32,000 nucleotides of DNA from Isorropodon fossajaponicum endosymbiont JTNG4 (lineage in GTDB: Bacteria; Pseudomonadota; Gammaproteobacteria; PS1; Pseudothioglobaceae), in assembly GCF_016592615.1 (NCBI RefSeq), contig NZ_AP013043.1, positions 480,001 to 512,000 of the forward strand, read 5' to 3'. This document shows positions 1 through 8,032 of this stretch, one piece after another. A program made the position numbers and the translations under genes. Each line of letters opens with the position of its first letter. Within the stretch, counting starts at the first letter, position 1. The notes beneath the pieces were generated by a model that worked only from the letters and a program-made list of their open reading frames with translations, had not been told where the DNA came from and did no database searches.

Positions 1-194
1 ACTATAAGTTTTCAAACTCTTTGTTTGAGTTGGCTAAAGTATATATAGAACTTAACCAACAAGACAAGGCACGTGGCTTGTTAAGCACAATGCTGGTTAA
101 ATTCCCCTCGCATAAAGCAATTAATAGAGCTAAACAACTGCTGAACAAAATCATCACCCCTAAGCCAAAGATAAATAAATTAATCATCAATTAA
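1..194 (+). CDS. C-terminal end of a TPR-like protein (5' partial, runs off the window start)
   Basis: The open frame (codons from nt 3) reads YKFSNSLFELAKVYIELNQQDKARGLLSTMLVKFPSHKAINRAKQLLNKIITPKPKINKLIIN, with stop TAA at 192-194. The helix-pair pattern resembles a terminal TPR as seen in CpoB/YbgF-like proteins. It is absent from the ORF track because it has no in-window start. I prefer it to the antisense 62-aa ORF at 2..190. Confidence 0.45.
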   Translation, partial: YKFSNSLFELAKVYIELNQQDKARGLLSTMLVKFPSHKAINRAKQLLNKIITPKPKINKLIIN

Positions 195-195
195 A

Positions 196-1485
196 GTGAA
201 GGTTCTATCCATTCCTGATGTTGCTTTAGAGGCGCTATCTTACGCCAATCCTGCGCGTTATCCATTTTTGCTAGAAAGTGTTAATCACAATGCTAACAAT
301 CATTTTTCGATATTATTTGCACACCCTGACAAACAAATTGTACTAAACCACTTAGAAGAGTTTGATTTTTTAGACAAACTCACTGCCAGTATTGACACGC
401 CACTTATTTACAGCGACTTACCCTTTACTGGCGGTTGGTTTGTATATTTGTCTTATGAATTAATTGGGCAAATAGAGCCGACTTTAAGGCGCATAATGCA
501 CACCAGTGGTCAGCCTATTGCTATTGCTGTGCAAATCCCCACAGCCATTGTTATTGACCATGCCAATCATCAAACTTATTTACTAGACCAATTCGCCAAC
601 CAACACAGAATAAACCAAGTATTGGCAGATATTGAGCAATTAAAAACCATACCTGAACACAAATTAGCAGGCATTTTATCCTCTGAAGAGGAGGTTAAAT
701 TTTTATCAGGCGTGGCAAAGAGTCGTGAGTACATTAAAGCAGGGGATGTTTTTCAAGTCAATCTTTCAAGACAGTGGCAATACCACTTAACCAATGACAT
801 TGCTCCAGCCCAAATTTACCAAGCATTAAAAAAAACCAATCCTGCACCATTTTCTGCACTAGCGCAATTCCAAACGTTTAGTATTATTTCCTCCTCTCCC
901 GAGCGCCTATTTAGCATAGATGGTAACGTCATACAAACCAGACCCATTGCAGGCACTCACCCACGTGGCACAGGCAGTGAAGACAAACACCTTAAACAAC
1001 AACTCATTAATCACCCTAAAGAACGAGCAGAGCATATTATGCTGCTTGATTTAGAGCGTAATGATTTAGGCAGGGTGTGCGAATACGGCAGTATCAAAGT
1101 TGATGAAATTATGAGACTGGAAAGCTATCCCTTTGTGCACCATATTGTTTCAAACATCAAAGGTAAAATCAAGCCACATACCACCATTAAGCACCTAATC
1201 AGTGCATTATTTCCAGGCGGCACCATCACTGGCTGCCCTAAAATTCGTTGTATGCAAATTATTCAAGAACTTGAACAGATGCCGCGCCAAGCCTATACAG
1301 GATCGCTGGGTTATATTAGTAGTAACGGAAAAATGGATTTTAACATTCTTATTCGTACCATTAGTAAACAAGATAATCTATTAACTTTAAGGGCAGGGGC
1401 AGGCATTGTGTTTGACTCTATTGCCAAACAAGAATTGCAAGAAACCAAGCATAAAGCCAAGGGCATGCTTCAGATTTTTGTATAA
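196..1485 (+). CDS. pabB: Aminodeoxychorismate synthase component I (chorismate-binding family; a TrpE-like role is not strictly excluded)
   Basis: 429-aa ORF with a GTG start. Family motifs present: RPIAGTHPRG, LLDLERNDLGR, FPGGTITGCPKIRCMQII, TGSLGYIS, RAGAGIV. The size and the PGGTITGCPK motif favour PabB. Confidence 0.75.
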   Translation: MKVLSIPDVALEALSYANPARYPFLLESVNHNANNHFSILFAHPDKQIVLNHLEEFDFLDKLTASIDTPLIYSDLPFTGGWFVYLSYELIGQIEPTLRRIMHTSGQPIAIAVQIPTAIVIDHANHQTYLLDQFANQHRINQVLADIEQLKTIPEHKLAGILSSEEEVKFLSGVAKSREYIKAGDVFQVNLSRQWQYHLTNDIAPAQIYQALKKTNPAPFSALAQFQTFSIISSSPERLFSIDGNVIQTRPIAGTHPRGTGSEDKHLKQQLINHPKERAEHIMLLDLERNDLGRVCEYGSIKVDEIMRLESYPFVHHIVSNIKGKIKPHTTIKHLISALFPGGTITGCPKIRCMQIIQELEQMPRQAYTGSLGYISSNGKMDFNILIRTISKQDNLLTLRAGAGIVFDSIAKQELQETKHKAKGMLQIFV

Positions 1486-1529
1486 CATTTGAATTCAAAC
1501 TGCAATGCTCTAACCTACTTGGACACATT

Positions 1530-2735
1530 TCAAGCCGCTTTTTTCAATTCAGCCATCTTTTGAGCAGGTGTTAAATACCCAATCGCTGAATGAATCCTTT
1601 TGTAATTATACAAGTAGATATAACCCTCTACATTTTGCACGACTTCACTATGATTTGCAAAACTTTGATAATTTAATCTCTCAGTCTTCAGACTTCTAAA
1701 GAAACGCTCCATGACCGCATTATCCCAACAATTACCTCGCCTGCTCATGCTTTGAGTAATGTTGTTCTTGTTGCAATAATCAATAAAAACTTTAGAAGAG
1801 TATTGAGTCCCTTGATCAGAGTGGAACATGTGTTTATTTGTATTGGGCTGGTGTCTAGACACAGCATTACTAAGCGCATCCTTTGCCAACTGAGCATTAG
1901 GCTGTTTTGACAATGCCCAACCAACAACTTGTCTTGAGCCTAAATCCAACACACTGGCTAAATAACTCCCACCTTGATAGGTTTTGATATAGGTAATATC
2001 ACCAACCCAATGCGTATTAATTGATTGCTGCTCAAACACACGATTTAATAGGTTTTTTGCCTTTTTAAACATCAATCTAGTATTAGGGTAATAATGACGC
2101 TTTCTTGGGCGTATGGCAACTACATTGGCTTTTTTCATTAGCGTTGCAGTTTGGTAAATACCAATGTTATAACCTTGGTTATTCAAAACTACTCGCATTC
2201 TGCGTTTGCCATAGGTGTATCCAACTTCAATAGCAGTTTGTTTGATTAATTTAATCATAGCGTTGGTGTTGTTGTTTACTCGCTTATCTTTGACTTGATA
2301 GTAATAACTACTGCGAGGAAGTTTGAGTAATGCTCATAATTCTTTAGTATTGTATTGTTGGCAAGCCTTGTTTATCTTGATAATCATATCACTTGGTGAT
2401 TGTCCACAGCGAACAAGGCTGTTGCCTTTTTTAAGATTTCATTGTCCCTTTGTGCGCGCCAAAGTTGTTTCTCAAGCAGTTGTATTGTTTGTTGTTCAGA
2501 AGTCAGCGCTTTGCCTGACTCTGGTGTTTGTCCACCAAGCTCTGCTAGGTATTGTTTTCTCCATCTGCTAACTGCTGAGGAGCAAGCTCCTGATATTATC
2601 ATGATTTTTTTTATTGGTGTAATTCTCATGCACCATGAGTTTGGCATAATCTAGTGTTCCCCCCTCAAGGGGGTATTGAACAGAATGTTCAACGGTAAAA
2701 GTCACTCGTTGTTTTCTTGATTTATATTGTGTCAT
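1530..2735 (-). pseudogene. IS3-family transposase orfA/orfB, disrupted
   Basis: orfA starts at ATG 2735, 6 nt after AAGGAGG. Its conserved part reads SSAVSRWRKQYLAELGG...LEKQLWRAQRDNEILKKATALFA. orfB carries the rve/DDE core HWVGDITYI...SDQGTQYSS...NCWDNAVMERFFRSLKTE. It is disrupted by a homopolymer frameshift (2605-2612) and an in-frame TGA (2334-2336) in the orfB frame upstream of the first Met. Confidence 0.8.
2426..2432 (-). promoter_or_regulatory. Programmed -1 ribosomal frameshift heptamer A AAA AAG of the IS3 element
   Basis: The minus strand reads ATC TTA AAA AAG GCA in the orfA frame. The -1 frame continues into the orfB frame. This is the classical IS3-family slippery motif, located near the end of orfA. 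Confidence 0.6.
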
Positions 2736-2801
2736 TACTGACCTCCTTATGGTTTGTATTATAAGGCTATCTTTGTGTCCAATAAAATTAGACTATTGCA
2801 A

Positions 2802-3221
2802 TCACGGGTACCTATGCCTTTGGCATATAGGCTTAATATCTGACTATCAAAAGCACCCAATCGGCGTTTGACCTTTTTCAATAATTAAAGGTTCAAAGCT
2901 ACCTCTGCGGTCTCTTGGGATAGCAAGTTCAACTTCACCATGATTGCCTTTGACGGTTTTAGGGTAATAGCCATTACGAGCATTGCTGTCTGTATTAAGC
3001 TCGCTGCTATTTTGCCCATATTTTGGATAACCAAGATGATGTTCCATCTCAGCACCTAATGCTGCTTCAATGGTCATTTTAACCAGTGAAGCAGCCAGAT
3101 CTGCTAAATCATCTTGGGTGTGGATGTCTTTGGCAAGTTCATCAGCAAAAGCACGGAGCTTTTTCTGGTTGATGCCTGTGTTGTTAAGTTGCTTTTTTTT
3201 GTTTCTTGGTATTGTGTTACT
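2802..3221 (-). mobile_element. IS256-family element fragment (internal 420 bp, truncated at both ends)
   Basis: It is the reverse complement of 29282-29701 with one mismatch (3096 vs 29407, synonymous CTG/CTC). It encodes transposase residues SNTIPRNKKKQ...FEPLIIEKGQTPIGCF. It lacks the 54-bp left end with the IR and ATG, and lacks everything beyond the point where the IS3 end abuts at 2800/2801. Confidence 0.9.
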
Positions 3222-3488
3222 TTTGAATACAATCTCTATGTCATCATCAAAGAAAATGACAGCAATGATTCGCAGCCAAGCTAAAACAGTATCATCAGTC
3301 ATATTTGATTAACATCTCCCTGATAATATCTTTATTATTGCCAATTTTAACGCCTTATATTGCTATTGTTTTTTTTTGCAACTTATTTGTATGCTTTTCT
3401 TTTACAAGAAAGAGCATTAATAATGGCACCATTTAGCCAAACTAATTAAGGAGGCAAAGGCTTCCCTTAGTTAGTCTTATTAAGACAT

Positions 3489-4370
3489 CTATCCTCTAGG
3501 GTGATGCTTGCTGTGTTGTGATTTAAGTTGGGTGTTTTGAATGTGGGTGTAGATTTGTGTGCTAGAAATGTCACTATGTCCGAGCATTAATTGCACACTA
3601 CGTAAGTCTGCCCCTTTTTGTACAAGGTGTGTGGCAAAAGCATGGCGCAGTGTATGTGGCGATAAGGGTTTGTTAATACCTGCTTTGATGGCGTAGCCTT
3701 TGATGATGTAGAAGAAATTTTGTCGGCTCATATTGCTGCCACGATTGCTTAGAAAATAACCATCAGTTTGACCATTTTTTAATAAAAATGGTCTTGCGTT
3801 TTTTTCGTAATTTGCCAAGCAATCCATTGCCATTTCACCCATGGGTAAAAGGCGCTCTTTGTTGCCCTTGCCACGAATTCGAATATATTCATCAGCTAGA
3901 TTAATATGGTGATAACTCAGATTAATCAACTCCGAGACACGCAGTCCACAAGCATATAAAAGTTCTAACATGGCCTGGTCACGTAATCCAAAAATAGTCT
4001 TGTGATCAGGTGCATTAAGCAGTCTTTCAACCTCATTAACATTTAAAAAAACAGGTAGTTTTTGTGCTCGTTTAGGGTGGTGTAATTTATCAGTCGGATT
4101 TTTTTTAATGACTTTTTGTTTCATTAAGTATTGGTAAAAAATACGTAAACAGGTGAGTATTCTGGCTTGTGTGGCAGCACTCATAGATGCTGATTGACGC
4201 TCATTAAAGTACTGATTGATATGTGTATTACTAATATCAGCGAGTGGTTTGTTGACCCATTTTGAAAATAAATTAAGGTCAGAACGATAAGCCGATAGCG
4301 TATTTTTTCTAGCACCTGATGAAAGCCAGTAGTTGTCTAAAAATTGGTCAATGAGTATTGAATTATCCAT
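3489..4370 (-). CDS. xerD: Tyrosine site-specific recombinase XerD
   Basis: 293 aa. The N-terminus FLDNYWLSSGARKNTLSAYRSDL is XerD-like. Catalytic region: HTLRHAFATHL, LLGHSDISSTQIYTH. The C-terminus SQHSKHHPRG resembles the E. coli XerD end ...HQQHHPRA. Confidence 0.85.
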   Translation of the reverse strand: MDNSILIDQFLDNYWLSSGARKNTLSAYRSDLNLFSKWVNKPLADISNTHINQYFNERQSASMSAATQARILTCLRIFYQYLMKQKVIKKNPTDKLHHPKRAQKLPVFLNVNEVERLLNAPDHKTIFGLRDQAMLELLYACGLRVSELINLSYHHINLADEYIRIRGKGNKERLLPMGEMAMDCLANYEKNARPFLLKNGQTDGYFLSNRGSNMSRQNFFYIIKGYAIKAGINKPLSPHTLRHAFATHLVQKGADLRSVQLMLGHSDISSTQIYTHIQNTQLKSQHSKHHPRG

Positions 4371-4395
4371 TAATAAATTATGACAGATAATGGCT

Positions 4396-4430
4396 TATAA
4401 AAAATGCCGGTAAAAACCGACATTTTTTAT
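4396..4430 (-). terminator. Rho-independent terminator downstream of rplS
   Basis: The minus strand reads ATGTCGGT-TTTT-ACCGGCAT (plus-strand 4404-4423): an 8-bp stem including one U-G pair, followed by TTTTTT. Confidence 0.6.
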
Positions 4431-4444
4431 CAAAAGAAATTCGT

Positions 4445-4798
4445 TTATTTTTTAAGCTGAAGTTTTTCTTTAATTCTAGCTTTCTTACCAGTAAGGCCAC
4501 GAAGATAATAAAGTTTGGCTTGACGAACTTTACCGCGACGCTTTACTTCAATTGAATCAATCATTTTTGAGTGGGTTTGAAACACTCTTTCAACACCTTC
4601 GCCATGAGAAATCTTTCTGACTGTGAATGCTGAACCGATGCCTCGGTTTTTCTTAGCAATAACAACACCTTCAAACGCTTGTAATCTTTCACGCTCACCT
4701 TCACGTACTTTTACTTGTACAACAATAGTATCGCCTGATGAGAATGAAGGCAAGTCTGTTCTTAGCTGTTCGCTCTCAATTTGATCAATTAAATTCAT
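4445..4798 (-). CDS. rplS: 50S ribosomal protein L19
   Basis: 117 aa, unmistakable L19 sequence: [35 protein letters not shown]...[36 protein letters not shown]. Confidence 0.97.
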   Translation of the reverse strand: MNLIDQIESEQLRTDLPSFSSGDTIVVQVKVREGERERLQAFEGVVIAKKNRGIGSAFTVRKISHGEGVERVFQTHSKMIDSIEVKRRGKVRQAKLYYLRGLTGKKARIKEKLQLKK

Positions 4799-4839
4799 TT
4801 GAGTGTTCCCTTGAATAAACTTTCATAAAAAAAGAAACA

Positions 4840-4868
4840 ATTGTACCGTTATTTTGAACAATGAACAA
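4840..4868 (-). promoter_or_regulatory. Candidate sigma70 promoter for rplS
   Basis: The minus strand has TTGTTC (plus-strand 4863-4868), a 17-nt spacer, then TACAAT (4840-4845), about 40 nt upstream of the rplS ATG. This is a sequence match only. Confidence 0.3.
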
Positions 4869-4926
4869 GACAAGAATGTCATATAATTTTATCTAGTTTT
4901 TGAATGGTGCAATTTTACGAGAAATA

Positions 4927-4935
4927 TGGCATAAT
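4927..4935 (+). promoter_or_regulatory. Candidate extended -10 element (TGgCATAAT) upstream of gltD
   Basis: TGG+CATAAT lies 33 nt upstream of ATG 4968. No well-spaced -35 exists (TTGAAT at 4900-4905 is 24 nt away). Confidence 0.25.
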
Positions 4936-4967
4936 CTTTTAGATTTATATTTGAGTATTTGTTTGTC

Positions 4968-6401
4968 ATGGGAAAGGTAACTGGCTTTAAAGAATTTGAT
5001 AGAAAAACTGAGGCTTATCGCCCTGTGGATTTGCGTATTAAAGATTATGGCGAGATTTTTACAACGTATCATGACAAGGCTCATCTTCAAGAGCAAGGTG
5101 CAAGATGTATGGATTGTGGCGTACCTTTTTGCCAGTCAGAAAATGGCTGTCCGGTTGATAATCTAATTCCAGAGTTTAACGATTTAATTTATCATAATAA
5201 ATGGCAAGAAGCACTAGCACGTTTATTAAAAACCAACAATTTTCCAGAATTTACAGGTCGGGTTTGTCCAGCACCTTGTGAAGGCTCTTGCGTATTGGGT
5301 ATTAATAATCCTGCAGTTGCGATTAAGAATATTGAGCAAGCTATTATTGACAAAGGTTTTGACAAAGGCTGGGTGAAGCCCTATACAGTTGAGTATAGAA
5401 CGGGTAAAAAAATTGCTATTATTGGTTCTGGGCCTGCAGGTTTAGCAGCGGCAGACGAGTTAAATAAAATTGGTCATAGTGTTACTATATTTGAGCGCGA
5501 TGATCGCATTGGTGGCTTATTAATGTATGGCATTCCGAGTATGAAACTTGGTAAAGATGTGGTTGATCGTCGTGTTAAATTAATGCAAGATTCAGGGGTT
5601 GAATTTATAACCAATGTTGATGTCGGCAAAGACATTGCTACCACACAATTACAACAAGATTTTGATGCACTTGTGTTCACCACAGGTGCAAGTAAAGCAC
5701 GTGATTTATTGGTGGATAATCGCCAAGTACAAGGTGTGCATTTGGCGATGGAATACCTAGCTAAAAACACCAAAAGTTTGTTAGATACTGGACGTGCAGA
5801 CGAATCAGATTTATCCGCCAAAGGCAAAGATGTGATTGTGATTGGTGGTGGCGATACAGGCACAGATTGTATTGGCACAGCACTACGTCAAGGTGCAAAA
5901 TCGATTGTGAATTTTGAATTAATGGGCAAACCGCCAGTTGAGCGTGCGTCAAACAATCCTTGGCCACTATGGCCACTGACTTATCGCGTGGATTATGGAC
6001 ACGCTGAAGTGACAAAAATATTTGGCAAAGATCCAAGGCGATATCATTTAATGACTCAATCATTTATCAAAGATGATCAAGGCGCTGTCATTGGTTTAAA
6101 AACGGTTAATGTTGATTTTAAAGACGGGCAGTTAACCCAAATTGATGGCAGTGAGAAAACCTGGCATACACAATTAGTTTTATTATCAATGGGCTTTGTA
6201 TCTCCTGAACATTATCTAAGTGATGATGCCAACATTGAGCTTGATGAACGCGGCAATTATAGGGCCAAATACGGCCAATATGCAACGTCACAAAAAGGCA
6301 TTTTTACTGCTGGAGATTGTCGTCGTGGACAATCGTTAGTTGTATGGGCTATTAATGAAGGTCGTGGTGTTGCTGCTAAAGTTAATGAGTATTTAGCATG
6401 A
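4968..6401 (+). CDS. gltD: Glutamate synthase (NADPH) small subunit / GltD-family FeS flavoprotein
   Basis: [13 protein letters not shown]...YR...R..DY.E N-terminus typical of GltD. Cys clusters CMDCGVPFC and [11 protein letters not shown]. Dinucleotide folds [12 protein letters not shown] and [12 protein letters not shown]-terminal [17 protein letters not shown]. The ORF track starts at TTG 4959, but ATG 4968 fits the family N-terminus. Confidence 0.85.
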   Translation: MGKVTGFKEFDRKTEAYRPVDLRIKDYGEIFTTYHDKAHLQEQGARCMDCGVPFCQSENGCPVDNLIPEFNDLIYHNKWQEALARLLKTNNFPEFTGRVCPAPCEGSCVLGINNPAVAIKNIEQAIIDKGFDKGWVKPYTVEYRTGKKIAIIGSGPAGLAAADELNKIGHSVTIFERDDRIGGLLMYGIPSMKLGKDVVDRRVKLMQDSGVEFITNVDVGKDIATTQLQQDFDALVFTTGASKARDLLVDNRQVQGVHLAMEYLAKNTKSLLDTGRADESDLSAKGKDVIVIGGGDTGTDCIGTALRQGAKSIVNFELMGKPPVERASNNPWPLWPLTYRVDYGHAEVTKIFGKDPRRYHLMTQSFIKDDQGAVIGLKTVNVDFKDGQLTQIDGSEKTWHTQLVLLSMGFVSPEHYLSDDANIELDERGNYRAKYGQYATSQKGIFTAGDCRRGQSLVVWAINEGRGVAAKVNEYLA

Positions 6402-6434
6402 AATACTTACTAAATATTACTTTTAATAGTTGCG

Positions 6435-6455
6435 ATTGGCATTACTAATGCCAAT
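6435..6455. other. Perfect 9-3-9 palindrome ATTGGCATT-ACT-AATGCCAAT
   Basis: Read directly from the sequence, 34 nt after the gltD stop. There is no U-tract after it, so it could be a hairpin or a dimeric protein-binding site. Function is unknown. Confidence 0.5.
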
Positions 6456-6522
6456 ATTGCCCCTGCATTAATAGGCATTGGCTTTATTATTATTGCTTTG
6501 ATTCTCAAAAAATAAAACCAAT

Positions 6523-6540
6523 CTATCCCCTAAGGGATAG
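6523..6540. other. Hairpin CTATCCC-CTAA-GGGATAG
   Basis: A 7-bp perfect stem in the gltD-dsrA spacer. The T-rich run is on the minus-strand side only, so a gltD terminator role is uncertain. Confidence 0.4.
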
Positions 6541-6562
6541 TAGTTAGTACCACTAATAAACG

Positions 6563-6590
6563 CTGGTATTTTCTTTCATTTAAGTATAAT
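6563..6590 (+). promoter_or_regulatory. Candidate promoter of the dsr operon
   Basis: Consensus TATAAT at 6585-6590 with a weak -35 CTGGTA (6563-6568) and a 16-nt spacer, about 67 nt upstream of the dsrA ATG. This is a sequence match only. Confidence 0.3.
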
Positions 6591-6657
6591 TTATTTCGTT
6601 CACATCTTCTTTTGGAAAAAGCTAAGGGGATTTACTTAAACATACTGGAGAGATAAA

Positions 6658-7959
6658 ATGGCAGAGTTATATAACACACCCAACCTTGATGAGTTGGAAA
6701 ATGGTCCATGGCCTTCGTTCGTTACAGGTCTTAAAAGATTAGCAAGTGATAGTCATGCTGGTGCTGAAATGGCACGTGACGTATTAGGCACGCTAGAAAC
6801 TTCATATGTCACTAAAAAAGGCTACTGGAAAGGTGGTACAGTTGGTGTTATTGGTTATGGCGGGGGTATTATTCCACGTTTTAACGAATTAAAAAACGAA
6901 GACGGTACTTATAAGTTCCCTGCAGCGGGAGAGTTTCACACTTTACGCATTCAACCACCAGCAGGTATGCACTACACATCAACTTTATTAAGAGACATGT
7001 GTGATATGTTTGTAGATAACGGCGGTTCTGGTTTGATTGCATTTCATGGTCAATCAGGCGATATCATGCTACAAGGTGCGACTGAAGAGACAACACAGAC
7101 TATTTTTAATACATTTAATGATTATGGTTTTGACTTGGGTGGTGCTGGTCCTGCAGTGCGTACAGGCATGTCTTGTGTCGGTGCTTCACGTTGTGAGATG
7201 TCAAATGTTAATGAGCAAGCGGTTTTGCGTACCTTGGTTAATGCATTTTTAGATGACATGCATCGTCCAGCATTACCATACAAAATGAAATTCAAAGTAT
7301 CAGGTTGTGCAAACGATTGTATGAATACAGTTCAACGTGCTGACTTTGCAGTTATTGGTACTTGGAGAGACGATATTAAAGTTAATCAAGACCTCTGGAA
7401 AGCGATGGTTGCAGACAAAGGTCGTAGTTATGTTATTGATAACATAACTTCTCGCTGTCCTACTAGTGCGATGACACTTAATGAAGATGATTCAATCACA
7501 ATTGATAACAAGAACTGCGTTAGATGTATGCATTGTTTAAATGTTACCAGTCCTTTAACTCATAAATATATTGCTAAAGGTGATGTAGAGCCTATCTTAG
7601 CAACAGGTGATGACAAAGGCGTGATGATTATCATGGGTGGTAAGCGTACGCTTAAGATTGGTGATTTGTTTGGTTCAGTGGTTGTGCCATTTATGAAAAT
7701 GGATACTGCAGATGATTTTGAAGCGATTGAAGATTTAGCAGGTGAAGTGATTGATTTCTTTGCTGAAAACGCACTAGAGCATGAAAGAACCGGTGAAATG
7801 ATTGAACGTATTGGTGTGGTTAATTTCCTTGAAGGTATTGGTCTTAATGTAGACCCTAACATGGTTAATTCTACACGTACTTCATCTTATGTTCGTATGG
7901 ATACATGGGACGAAGAGGCGGTTAAGTGGTTTGAAAATAAAGCAGAGGCAAGCGCATAA
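6658..7959 (+). CDS. dsrA: Reverse-type dissimilatory sulfite reductase alpha subunit
   Basis: 433 aa with a GGAGAG RBS. Siroheme/FeS motifs CVGASRC (CX5C) and SGCANDC. Ferredoxin insert CPTSA...NCVRCMHC. It is followed by dsrB and the rest of the dsr set. Confidence 0.95.
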   Translation: MAELYNTPNLDELENGPWPSFVTGLKRLASDSHAGAEMARDVLGTLETSYVTKKGYWKGGTVGVIGYGGGIIPRFNELKNEDGTYKFPAAGEFHTLRIQPPAGMHYTSTLLRDMCDMFVDNGGSGLIAFHGQSGDIMLQGATEETTQTIFNTFNDYGFDLGGAGPAVRTGMSCVGASRCEMSNVNEQAVLRTLVNAFLDDMHRPALPYKMKFKVSGCANDCMNTVQRADFAVIGTWRDDIKVNQDLWKAMVADKGRSYVIDNITSRCPTSAMTLNEDDSITIDNKNCVRCMHCLNVTSPLTHKYIAKGDVEPILATGDDKGVMIIMGGKRTLKIGDLFGSVVVPFMKMDTADDFEAIEDLAGEVIDFFAENALEHERTGEMIERIGVVNFLEGIGLNVDPNMVNSTRTSSYVRMDTWDEEAVKWFENKAEASA

Positions 7960-8032
7960 GCAACCTCGTTTAAATAACAATTTTTAAGGTGAGCATAAAT
8001 CTTACCTAACTTTATATACTAGGAGAAATAAA

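Larger units (their letters stand above)
1501..2800 (-). mobile_element. IS3-family insertion sequence (1300 bp), degenerate
   Basis: The terminal inverted repeats are TGCAATGCTCTAACCTACTTGGACACA (1501-1527) and the reverse complement of 2774-2800, TGCAATAGTCTAATTTTATTGGACACA. They match at 21/27 positions ungapped and have TG...CA termini. The element encloses orfA/orfB with an A_AAA_AAG slippery site. There is no flanking direct repeat (AAC vs ATC). Confidence 0.85.

Noticed and set aside
2-190. 62-aa minus-strand ORF at the window start
   Set aside because: The plus strand carries an open frame with a TPR-like C-terminus that ends at TAA 192-194, just before pabB. The hydrophobic minus-strand ORF is most likely its antisense shadow.
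2334-2336. Possible TGA recoding (Sec or Trp) in the IS3 orfB frame
   Set aside because: TGA clearly functions as a stop for gltD, dsrJ, panD and the lol permease in this window. A simple TGY to TGA nonsense mutation explains it.
2323-2654. Plus-strand ORFs 2323-2571 and 2400-2654
   Set aside because: They are antisense to IS3 orfA and the orfA-orfB overlap, which carry the recognisable transposase sequence and the slippery site.
2656-2681. Striking GC hairpin GTTC-CCCCC-TCAA-GGGGG-TATT-GAAC in an AT-rich context
   Set aside because: It lies inside the IS3 orfA coding sequence (…QYPLEGGTL…). I cannot tie it to any function beyond the element itself. It is possibly an IS-internal structure and is not separately interpretable here.
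2847-3302. 151-aa ORF that looks like an intact gene
   Set aside because: Residues 28-151 are the frameshift-truncated N-terminus of the IS256 transposase. The first 27 residues come from unrelated flanking DNA beyond the truncation point at 3221. It is a chimeric by-product, noted under the IS256 finding as possibly expressed but not called as a gene.
3290-3330. A dif-like XerCD site near xerD (GATGTTAATCAAAT on the minus strand)
   Set aside because: It resembles the XerD-arm consensus TTATGTTAAAT only partially and has no matching XerC arm or 6-bp spacer. xerD is also not normally linked to dif.
6414-6516. 34-codon open frame encoding a TM-like peptide (ILLLIVAIGITNANIAPALIGIGFIIIALILKK) after gltD
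   Set aside because: It has no ATG, GTG or TTG start anywhere in the frame and no RBS. It is in the gltD frame but separated from it by two stops (TGA 6399, TAA 6411). It is probably a chance hydrophobic frame in T-rich DNA.
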